From Macrostomum lignano (taxonomy: Eukaryota): DNA of 64,000 nucleotides. Below are positions 1 to 20,000 of this stretch, one piece after another. The stretch is from NCBI GenBank assembly GCA_002269645.1, contig NIVC01000665.1, forward strand, positions 1 to 64,000, in the 5' to 3' direction. The notes beneath the pieces are model-generated. The model saw only the letters and a list, made by a program, of their open reading frames with translations. It searched no databases and was not told the DNA's origin. How positions within the stretch are numbered: the first letter of the stretch is position 1; each line of letters begins with the position of its first letter. Position numbers and translations under genes: made by a program.

Positions 1-138
1 CGGAAACTGTTGGCGACCATTCCGAGGCGTCTCTGACTCACGGCCCAAGTTTTTGTTGCTGATTGACAGGTTGGTTGGGATAATTTTGGATGATTTCTGA
101 CTTTTGTTGCGCATGATTTTAGACTGGGATAGATTCTT

Positions 139-1515
139 CTGTAGACATTAAATAGATGCTTAATAGACATTGGATGATAGATGCTTAATAGACATTGGAT
201 GATGCTTAATAGACATTGGATGATAGATGCTTAATAGACATTGGATGAAAGATGCTTAATAGACATTGGATGATGCTTAATAGACATTGGATGATAGATG
301 CTTAATAGACATTGGATGATAGATGCTTAATAGACATTGGATGATAGATGCTTAATAGACATTGGATGATGCTTAATAGACATTGGATGATAGATGCTTA
401 ATAGACATTGGATGATAGATGCTTAATAGAATTGGATAGATGCTCAATATAAATTGGATAGATGCTCAATATAAATGGATAGATGCTTAATCGACATTGG
501 ATAGATGCTCAATATAAATTGGATAGATGCTTAATAGACATTGGATAGATGCTCAATATAAATTGGATTAGATGCTGAATAGACACTGGATAGATGCTTA
601 ATAGACATTGGATAGATGCTTAATAGACATTGGATAGATGCTTAATAGACACTGGATGGATGTTAATAGACATTAGATAGATGCTTAATAGACATTGGAT
701 AGATGCTTAATAGACATTGGATAGATACTATCAGACACTGGGATAGATGCTTAATAGACATTGGATAGATACTGAATAGACACTGGATAGATGCTTAATA
801 GACATTGGATAGATGCTTAATAGACATTGGATAGATGCTTAATAGACACTGGATGGATGTTTAATAGACATTAGATAGATGCTTAATAGACATTGGATAG
901 ATGCTTAATAGACATTAGATAGACTATGCTCAGACATTGGATAGATGCTTAATAGACATTGGATAGATGGCTATCAGACACTAGGATAGATGCTGAATAG
1001 ACATTGGATAGATGCTGAATAGACATTGGATAGATGCTGAATAGATATTGGATAGATGCTTAATAGACACTGGATGGATGCCCAATAGACATTAGATAGA
1101 TGCTTAATAGACACTGGATGGATGCTTAATAGACATTAGATAGATGCTTAATAGACATTGGATAGATGCTTAATAGACATTAGATAGACTATGCTCAATA
1201 GACATTGGATAGATGCTTAATAGACATTAGATAGACTATGCTCAATAGACATTGGATAGATGCTTAATAGACATTAGATAGACTGTGCTCAATAGACATT
1301 GGATAGATGCTTATAGACATTAGATAGACTATGCTCAATAGACATTGGATAGACTATGCTCAATAGACATTGGATAGATGCTTAATGGACATTGGATAGA
1401 TGCTTAATAGATATTGGATAGATGCTCAATATAAATTGGACAGATGCTTAATAGACACTGGGATAGATGCTTAATAGACACTGGGATAGATGCTTAATAG
1501 ACATTAGATAGATGG
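139..1515. repeat. Minisatellite, 22-25-bp unit GATAGATGCTTAATAGACATTG
   Basis: Tandem copies filling the GEF intron upstream of exon 1592. Confidence 0.95.
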
Positions 1516-1591
1516 CTATCACACACAGCCAGTCAATGCCAAGCTAATTCCAAACTAACACCGGTCAGTTCAAATTTACTTAATCCCTCAG

Positions 1592-9497
<7,906 letters not shown>

Positions 9498-10564
9498 ACT
9501 GGTTTTTTTCCAAGTCAATTTGGCCTATTGCCCGATGAAAGCCGTATCTGTAGACCAAGAAGCATCCCAGAGTCGTCACAGGTAACACAGGTAGACTAGG
9601 AAAGAATTGACTTTAAGACGACTTTAAAAACGACGAAATGTCGCGGTACAAGTCGTTTAAGAGTCAGTTTGAGGTGCTTTCTTATCTTCCCACTCTGAAA
9701 CGAATCTGGGACTGTAGAGTCACTATTGAGTTGGTTGCAATGACTCTTTAAGATTCTGGTCGTTTCAACGTTTTCAACGGGCTGGCTTGATAAATTAAAG
9801 TAAGGAAGCAAGATGCAATAATAACGCTTAATGGAGATTCTGAGAGTTTAACAAGAATTGCGTAATCAAATCTGATGTGTCTTTCCGTGTTTTATGAGTA
9901 AGTTTCCATTTGACCTGACCTGGTTTCCCTTATCATGCATTGTCATATGTACGAGGGTTGTCAGGCAAATCGCAGGAGGACAGGGGCTGTATTGCTTAAA
10001 CAGAGCAACAAAATTTAGAAAAACAAAGTTAAGACGGAGTCTTCAGCTCTTTCACTGGACCTCCTGTTATTCGCTGGGACAATCCTCGTATATTTCTGTC
10101 ATATTTTCACTTCATACAGATATTGTCATTGTGATGTGAGGGCACAGAGATTGATGTAATCAAATTACTTTGTTAATCATTTTGTGTTTACTTTGAAATT
10201 CAAATTTCTACAATAGGCTGTGCTCACAATTCTATTGGTCTGTATTTATACAATACACTGTTCGCGCACGCAGATTTGTGCAGGAATCTCTATATATTTA
10301 TTAATTACCAGTCATATCGTTTGTGCAGCTTGTTCTGTAGGAAATTTTTCGATCCTCTACAGCACAAACTTTGAAAGTAGTATCACCGATATATCATTCT
10401 TTGCCTCTTCGATTTATCAATCATATGTGTGGTTCAAAGGTTTTTTAAAACTGCTTTGATTAGTTCAGCTGTGTTTGGTGTACTTTAGATGTTTATCTAT
10501 CAAATGTACAGTCCTGATTGATATTGTGCATGCATTCGTCTGAATACGGGTCCATTCGTTCCCT

Positions 10565-11280
10565 GTTACCCTTCTCCAATCCCTTACCCCAATGCACACA
10601 CGCCCCTCCCCAATCCTTTACCCCAATGTACACACGCCCCTCCCCAATCCCTTACCCCAATGTACACACGCCCTTCCCCAATCCCTTACCCCAATGTACA
10701 CACGCCCCTCCCCAATCTTTTACCCCAATGTACACACGCTCCTCCCCAGTCCCTTACCCCAATGTACACACGTCCCTCCCGAATCTCTTACCCCAATGTA
10801 CACACGCCCCTCCCCAATCTTTTACCCCAATGTACACACGCCCTTCCCAATCTCTTACCCCACTGTACACACGTCCCTCCCGAATCTCTTACCCCAATGT
10901 ACACACGCCCTTCCCCAATCCTTTACCCCAATGTACACACGCCCCTCCCCAATCTTTTACCCCAATGTACACACGCTCCTCCCCAATCCCTTACCCCAAT
11001 GTACACACGCTCCTCCCCAATCCCTTACCCCAATGTACACACGTCCCTCCTGAATCTCTTATCCAATGTACACACGCCCTTCCCCAATCCCTTACCCCAA
11101 TGTACACACGCCCTTCCCCAATCCCTTTACCCCAATGTACACACGCCCTTCCCCAATCCCTTACCCCAATGTACACACGCCCTTCCCCAATCCCTTTACC
11201 CCAATGTACACACGCCCTTCCCCAATCCCTTACCCCACTGTACACACGCCCTCCCCAACTCCCACCCCAATGTACACAAC
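10565..11280. repeat. 33-34-bp minisatellite, CCAATGTACAC family, array 1
   Basis: Unit CCAATGTACACACGCCCTTCCCCAATCCCTTACC. Confidence 0.95.
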
Positions 11281-12283
11281 TTGTGCATACTTCATTCAGC
11301 ATTAATAAGGCGCTATCTGTTTGATTAACGACAGCAGATAATTATTTCTGCGATAAAGTTAAGGATATTAAATAAATCATATTTTTTAAAGTATCTATTT
11401 CAAACATCTTATTGCCTATCTCAGACTTTTGCGTTTTTTGTTTTTTGGATTTATAATCTCAACTGCTGCTTAATTCTTTAATTACTATACCTGAATCCGT
11501 CTGCAGTTGAGAGCAAACATTAACGTTATTTTTTTCTTGTGGGATTTCGCTTTCTTTTTTGCTGATAAATGTTTTGTTTTTTTCATATGTAGTTTATTTA
11601 TTTAATTCGTGTTGATGCTGTTCCGTATCTGCTTAGGTGTTAGCATTCACTCAGTAGAACAGAAACTGAATAATTGTCTCTCAAATTTTCCTACACTACC
11701 TCCGCTTATTGGTTTATGGAATCTTTCATTGATTAGGCGATCAATCAGAAATTTTCATCAGTCGATCTCAACAGACAATCGCACACACCCAGTAATTTCT
11801 CATTCCTTTGGTGTTTGGTGCACAGTTCAGTACGTCATGTACTTTTTTAACTGTTATAGAGAGCTTTGTGTATATGCTGATATAGCATAATAAGACAAAT
11901 ATTTAATTCTTATTGATTTGTTTTCAATCTTTATATAAGAATGCTTTGTTTGAATTGTACACAAATTACAATTGGGGAGAATATATTTATACTTCAGTAT
12001 CACGCGGTCATAAATTAAAACACTTCCGTGATGCATTGAGTTGTTTGCTTCAGTTCGATTTTCTTTCAAATTGTTTCTTTTTTGCGCGTTTTCTTTGTCT
12101 CTGTCCCTCCCTCTGCAGTTTGTTATGTTGTCCTCTGTACGCAATTTTCGATTGGGTTGGTCTCTAAAGCCGTCTCACTGTCATATTTGTGATTTTTATT
12201 TAAACTGATGATGAGCTCCATTTTCTGCTTTGTTTCCTTTCTAATTAATTAGATTAGGTTTGTTGCCTTCAACATTAGCTTTG

Positions 12284-13015
12284 TACCTTCCCTACACCCT
12301 TCCCTACACCCTTCCCTACACCCTTCCCTGCACCCTTACCTACACCCTTTCCTACACCCTTCCCTACACCCTTCCCTACACCCTTCCCTACACCCTTCCC
12401 TGTACCCTTCCCTGCACCCTTCCCTACACCCTTCCCTGCACCCTTCCCTACACCCTTCCCTACACCCTTCCCTACACCCTTCCCTACACCCTTCCCTGTA
12501 CCCTTCCCTACACCCTTCCCTACACCCTTCCCTACACCCTTCCCTACACCCTTCCCTACACCCTTCCCTACACCCTTCCCTACACCCTTCCCTGCACCCT
12601 TCCCTGCACCCTTCCCTGCACCCTTCCCTGCACCCTTCCCTGCACCCTTCCCTACACCCTTCCCTACACCCTTCCCTACACCCTTCCCTACACCCTTCCC
12701 TGCACCCTTCCCTGCACCCTTCCCTGCACCCTTCCCTACACCCTTCCCTACACCCTTCCCTGCACCCTTCCCTGCACCCTTCCCTACACCCTTCCCTACA
12801 CCCTTCCCTACACCCTTCCCTACACCCTTCCCTACACCCTTCCCTACACCCTTCCCTACACCCTTCCCTACACCCTTCCCTATACCCTTCTCTGCACCCT
12901 TCCCTACACCCTTCACTGCACCCTTCCCTGCACCCTTCCCTACACCCTACCCTACACCCTTCCCTGCACCCTTTTCCTACACCCTTCCCTAGACTTTTCC
13001 TACACCCTTCCCTAC
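12284..13015. repeat. 12-bp minisatellite CCCTTCCCT(A/G)CA, G-quadruplex-prone on the minus strand
   Basis: About 60 tandem copies. Confidence 0.95.
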
Positions 13016-13039
13016 TTTCTTATTCCATTCATCTAATGT

Positions 13040-13920
13040 CTCAGGTAGATCCGTCACCCTTCATTCCCTGCACTGCAAAAGTCTCAGGTAGATCCGCCAC
13101 CCTTCATTCCCTGCACTGCAAAAGTCTCAGGTAGATCCGCCACCCTTCATTCCCTGCACTGCAAAAGTCTCAGGTAGATCCGCCACCCTTCATTCCCTGC
13201 ACTGCAAAAGTCTCAGGTAGATCCGCCACCCTTCATTCCCTGCACTGCAAAAGTCTCAGGTAGATCCGCCACCCTTCATTCCCTGCACTGCAAAAGTCTC
13301 AGGTAGATCCGCCACCCTTCATTCCCTGCACTGCAAAAATCTCAGGTAGATCCACCACTCTTCATTCCCTGCACTGCAAAAATCTCAGGTAGATCCGCCA
13401 CTCTTCATTCCCTGCACTGCAAAAATCTCAGGTAGATCCACCACTCTTCATTCCCTGCACTGCAAAAATCTCAGGTAGATCCGCCACTCTTCATTCCCTG
13501 CACTGCAAAAATCTCAGGTAGATCCACCACTCTTCATTCCCCGCACTGCAAAAATCTCAGGTAGATCCACCACTCTTCATTCCCCGCACTGCAAAAATCT
13601 CAGGTAGATCCGCCACTCTTCATTCCCTGCACTGCAAAAATCTCAGGTAGATCCACCACTCTTCATTCCCTGCACTGCAAAAATCTCAGGTAGATCCGCC
13701 ACTCTTCATTCCCTGCACTGCAAAAATCTCAGGTAGATCCACCACTCTTCATTCCCCGCACTGCAAAAATCTCAGGTAGATCCACCACTCTTCATTCCCT
13801 GCACTGCAAAAGTCTCAGGTAGATCCGCCACTCTTCATTCCCTGCACTGCAAAAGTCTCAGGTAGATCCGCCACTCTTCATTCCCTGCACTGCAAAAGTC
13901 TCAGGTAGATCCACCACCCT
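13040..13920. repeat. 43-bp minisatellite CTCAGGTAGATCCGCCACCCTTCATTCCCTGCACTGCAAAAGT
   Basis: About 20 head-to-tail copies without spacers, ending about 140 bp before the EDEM3 ATG. Confidence 0.95.
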
Positions 13921-13939
13921 GACATCTCCGATGCTGTTC

Positions 13940-13949
13940 ATGACGTCAT
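13940..13949. promoter_or_regulatory. CRE/ATF palindrome ATGACGTCAT about 110 bp upstream of the EDEM3 ATG
   Basis: Perfect 10-bp palindrome between the 43-bp array and the start codon; function inferred. Confidence 0.5.
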
Positions 13950-14059
13950 CAAGACTGGGCGACAGCAGAGTCTACAGCAATAACGGCAGAAGCAGAGCCA
14001 GCAGCAGCAGCAGAAGATAGCCTTTTCTTGACCGAGAAGATTCGCTTGCCACACACAAA

Positions 14060-17000
14060 ATGCAAGATTCCCATTTGGTTCTGCTGCTTTTATTGTGCCT
14101 AGTCTGCTTCAGCAGGGCCATGCAGGACTCGGAGCGGCTGCGGCTCAGAGACAAGGCCAAGTCCATGTTTCAGCACGCCTACGACAACTACATGACTCAC
14201 GCCTACCCGGCGGACGAGCTCATGCCCGTCAGCTGCCGAGGCCGCTACCGCGGCTCTGAACCGTCCAGAGGCGACATCGACGACTGCCTTGGCAACTATT
14301 CTCTGACGCTGATTGACAGCTTGGATACTCTGCTGCTGCTCAACGAGCCTGAGCAGTTTGAGTACGCTGTCCGACTGGTTGTCGACAATGTCCGATTCAA
14401 CACTGACGTGGTCGTGTCCGTGTTCGAGGCCAACATCCGGGTTGTTGGCGGCCTGCTTGGCGGTCACGTGGGCTCGCTGGTGCTGAAGCATCGGTTCGGC
14501 CGGATGTCCTGGTACAGCGACCAGCTGCTGTCCATGGCTGTGGATCTGGGCAACCGGCTTCTGCCGGCATTCAACACCAGCACTGGCATTCCCTATCCTA
14601 GGGTGAACCTGCGGCACGGCGTGCCCGACAGGTGAGGGGTCGGGTGGGGGGGTGGTTAGTGTCGCGGCTTTTGGACGGGTCAAAGAGATCAAAGAGATTG
14701 TCATTGTCAAATGTGAGAGTGCTCAGCTGACCCCTCCCCATTAGGTGTCGTATCTTATTAAGACGGGTCAGCTGACCTCCCTATTAGATATCGCATCTTA
14801 TTAAAGAGGGGTCGGTTGACCTCCCTATTAGATATATCGTATCTTATTAAGAGGGGTTAGCTGACCTCCCTATTAGATATACCGTATCTTATTAAGAGGG
14901 GCCAGTTGACCTCCGTATTAGGTGTCGTATCTTATTAAGACGGGTCAGCTGACCTCCCTATTAGAAATCGCATCTTATTAAAGAGGGGTCAGCTGACCTC
15001 CCTATTAGATATATCGTATCTTATAAAAGAGGGTCAGTTGACCTCCCTATTAGATATATCATATCTTATAAAAGAGGGGTCAGCTGACCTCCCTATTAGA
15101 TATATCGTATCTTATAAAAGAGGGTCAGTTGACCTCCCTATTAGATAAATCATATCTTATAAAAGAGGGTTCAGTTGACCTCCCTATTAGATATATCGTA
15201 TCTTATAAAAGAGGGGTCAGCTGACCTCCCTATTAGATATATCGTATCTTATAAAAGAGGGTCAGTTGACCTCCCTATTAGATAAATCATATCTTATAAA
15301 AGAGGGGTCAGTTGACCTCCCTATTAGATATATCGTATCTTATAAAAGAGGGGTCAGCTGACCTCCCTATTAGATGTCGTATATTAGTAAGGGTGGTCAG
15401 CTGACCTATTAGATGTCGTATCAGAGTAGCGGTAGCATCTGACTAAAGAGAGGTCAATTGACCTCCCTATAAGATACCATATACCACTAGACCCCGTGAT
15501 GAGCAGTGCACTGTATAAATAATCCAATGAATGGCAGGTTCGCCAGAAACCAGCACCAGGACACATGTACAGCTTGCGCAGGCAGCATGCTATTGGAATT
15601 TGCCGCTCTGTCTCGCTTCTCTGGTAATCCCGAGTTCGAACTCCGCGCCAGACGCGCTTTGGACGCTCTGTGGAGCCAGCGAAATCTGCACTCCAACCTG
15701 GTTGGCACCGTTATTAACATTCACAACGGAGACTGGGTCCGGAAGGAGAGCGGAATCGGGGCTGGCATCGACTCCTACTATGAGTACCTGTTCAAGGCCT
15801 ACGTGCTGCTAGGGGAGGAGGTGAGTGGGCTGTCTTTGTTCTGGGTTGCTGTGAATCAGAATTGAGAGCTCAGCCAATTAGAAGTGAGGGCTCAGCCAAT
15901 CAGAATTTAAGGCTCAGCCAATTAGAATTGAAGGCTCAGCCAATCAGGAGTGAGAGCTCAGCCAATCAGGAGTGAGAGCTCAGCAAAACAGGTGTGAGAG
16001 CTCAGCCAATCAGGAATGAGGGCTCAGCCAATCAGGAGTGAGGACCCAGCCAATCAGGAATGAGGGCTCAGCCAATCAGGAGTAAGGACCCAGCCAATCA
16101 GGAATGAGGGCTCAGCCAATCAGGAGTAAGAGCCCAGCCAATCGAAAGTGAGTGCAAATAACTCAGCCAATCGCTAATTGTCCACCTCAGGTGTACCTGC
16201 ACCGATTCTCCAAGCACTACGAGGCGGTGCAAAACTACCTGCAACTGTGCCGACCGCCTCTGCTATCCGACGTCCTGATGCACCAGCCTCTGACTCGGAC
16301 CAGAAACTTCATGGACGCATTGGCGGCATTTTGGCCGGGGCTTCAGGTCATGACTGGCGACTTGAAACCCGCCGTGGAACTGCACGAGATTCTCTATCAG
16401 GTTTGGATTCGGGACTGTGTCGGACTAGATATTCAAGACTAGAGAATCCGGAACCAGATATTCGGGACTAAAAATCTGGGACTATATATCGGGAGCAGAA
16501 AATCCGAGACTGTAGACTCCCGGGACTAGATATCCGGGACTAGCTAAATCCGGTGTCACGTCAGTAGTAGTATTATACCATACAAAATTGCCAGCAAACC
16601 ATCTGTCAGAAGCAACTAATATTAACTCTTATTAAGGATAAATTTGACATTTTTCACTCCATTTTCGCTCGTCTTTACTACGCTCAACTCGCTCCGCTCA
16701 TCCTCGCTTCATTTCTGTCAAAATGTCAAATTTATCCTTAATAGCATTAATACTACCATTGTTTCTAAAATTTCGCCCTCTTCGTTCGCTTTTGGTTTGC
16801 TGGCAATTTTGTATGGTATAATACTACCAACACTTCCAAACACTTCTATCTCTTCTATCTCTTCCAACACTTGCAACACATCTAACACTTCTATTACACA
16901 CTAACCCGATCGCGCCCCGCAGGGGCTTGGGGCACAAAAGCATTTTTTCTGTTACTTAAAATGAACCGAGCTTACAACTTTTCAGTAAGTGATACTTTTG

Positions 17001-20000
17001 AAACTATTGCTAAAAATGCAGAGATAATAAAACAGCATATATTGAATGGATACCTTTTGGTCCAGGTGGTCCAGCGCTACAACTTCATCCCGGAAGCGTT
17101 CACGCCCGACTTTCACGTTCACTGGGCTCATCACCCTCTCCGGCCTGAGTTCATCGAGTCCACGTACTTTCTATACAAAGCCACGCGCGATCCGCACTAC
17201 CTGGAGGTGGGCAAGCGGGTTATTGATAACTTGGAGAAGTACTCGAGGACTGAATGCGGCTACGCCGCCATCTCCGACGTGCGGACTATGGAGAAATCTG
17301 ATCAGCTGGACAGCTTCGTGCTGGCTGAGACATTTAAGTGAGCGGGAAGGAGATCTTTCAAAGGGGATATTTTAGGGTGGGGGGATTACATGTAGTCTGG
17401 TGCCTCAGATGTTGCCCATTTCTGAAATAAATCTCCTCTTCCCCGAATCTTCTAGTCCCTAATTATCCCAATGCATAAATATCCTCTGTCCTTAAGTATC
17501 CTAATATCTAAGTATCCCCAAATTATCCCAATCCCGTAAGGTCCCAATCTATAAATATCCTAATCCCTTGATATCCCAATCTATAAATATCCTAATCCAT
17601 AAATATCCCAATCCCTGTATGTCCCAATCTATAAATATCCCAGTTCCTAAATATCCCAATCCATAAATATCCCAATGCCTTAATGTCCCAATCTATAAAT
17701 ATCCTAATCCCTTAATATCCCAATCTATAAATATCCTAATCCATAAATATCCCAATCCCTGTATGTCCCAATCTATAAATATCCCAGTCCCTAAATATCC
17801 CAATCCATAAATATCCCAATGCCTTAATGTCCCAATCCATAAATATCCCAATCCCTTAATATCCCAATCTATAAATATCCTAATCCCTTGACATCCCAAT
17901 CCATAAATATCCCAATCCATAAATATCCCAATCCATAGATATCCCAGTCCCTAATTTTCCCAATCTCGAACTATCCCAATTGATAAATATCCCAATCCCT
18001 AAATATTGCGATGCCTAAGTCTCCCAATCCATTAACCCCCAATCCTTGAATCTCCCAGTTCCCCTAAGCCCCATTATGTATTCCATAAATCCTTAATCTC
18101 AACTATCCCAATTCACTGTTCCCCATCTCACTCACTCCACGCCGTCCCATTTCGCCGCCGCAGGTACCTGTACCTTCTATTCGCGAACGATTCCGACCTT
18201 CCAGTGGATTTGGACGCCTACGTGTTCACCACAGAGGCCCACCTGTTGCCGCTTGAGCTGGCCAACTTGGCTATTAAACCGCCGGAATCTGCCGGTGAAT
18301 AATCCCTTTGTGTTTGCGGACGTTTGGGACCTTCAGCCATTCACTCCCCCATTAAAAAATTACTCCCCATTCACCATTCACTCCCCAATCACCATTAACC
18401 ATTCACTCATTCGCTCACTCACTCACTCATTCATTCATTCACTCACTCATTCATTCACTCACTCGCTCACTCTATCACTCACTCATTCACTTACTCACTC
18501 ACTCACTCACTCACTCATTCATTCACTCACTGGCTCAATCTATCACTCATTCACTCACTCACTCACTCACTCACTCACTCACTCACTCGCTCACTCATCC
18601 ATTCACTCACTGGCTCAATCTATCACTCATTCACTCACTCACTCACTCACTCACTCACTCATTCATTCACTGACTGGCTCACTCTATCACTCATTCACTC
18701 ACTCACTCATTCACTTACTCACTCACTCACTCACTCATTCACTTACTCACTCACTCACTCACTCATTCACTTACTCCCTCACTCACTCACTCATCCATTC
18801 ACTCACTGGCTCACTCTATCACTTATTCACTCACTCACTCACTCACTCACTCACTCACTCACTCACTCACTCACTCACTCACTCACTCACTCACTCACTC
18901 ACTCACTCACTCATTCACTCACTCACTCACTCACTCACTCATCCATTCACTCGCTCACTCTATCACTTACTCATTCACTCACTCACTCACTCACTCACTC
19001 ACTCACTCATTCATTCACTCACTGGCTCACTCTATCACTCTATCACTCACTCACTCACTCACTCACTCACTCACTCACTCACTCACTCACTCACTCACTC
19101 ACTCACTCACTCACTCATTCATTCATTCACTCACTCACTCACTCATTCATTCATTCACTCACTCACTCACTCACTGGCTCACTCTATCACTCATTCACTC
19201 ACTCACTCATTCATTCATTCACTCACTCACTCACTCACTGGCTCACTCTATCACTCATTCACTCACTCATTCATTCATTCACTTACTCACTCACTCACTG
19301 GCTCACTCTATTACTCATTCACTCACTCACTCACTCACTCACTAATTCATTAGCTCCCCATCCGCATGAACTCCAGCACCGTCCGCGTCAACCAGTCGAC
19401 GCCAGCCTCAGCAGCAGCAGGCGGCGCTGCTGTCAGTCATGAATGACAGCTGCCCGAACTACAACCTGCGCAGGCGACTGTTCGGAGCCGACGACACCGC
19501 CTTCCACTGGCGCCGTAGGCTGCAACTGAAACCGTCTGTAGCTCCGGGCGCAGCCATTCCCGATGCCAGCCAGCAGAAGAGCGTCCTGCCGTTCGATCCC
19601 AGAGAGCTGGACGCCAACAACCCGGAGCAGCAGGCCGCCCTGGTCAGCATGGGCATCGCCACAGTGCGCACAGGCAGCGGGCAGCTGCAGCTGTTCCACA
19701 ATCCCGACAATGCCGAGTCGCCCGAACTGGGCCGGGTAGGCCTGGCCTTTATGCAGGCTATGATCAACTTGGCCGCTATGACCGTTAATAAGAATGAGCA
19801 GATGCAGCATCCGCCTAATTATTTGTATTGCCCGATTCCTGCGAGCTCCAAGGACTCATTCAATGCCACTATTTTGGGTGAGCGGTGTGCGTCTCTTGAG
19901 GTTTCTGGAGTTGGTATCTCAGCTTGATAATGGTCATTTCACTGTCACTAATCTGCCAGGGTCATCACTAATCCACCGGGGTCATCACTAATCCACTGTG

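Noticed and set aside
13040-13920. CRISPR-like regular repeats (also 6040-7350, 21155-22910)
   Set aside because: Units are head-to-tail with no unique spacers, there are no cas genes, and the context is eukaryotic.
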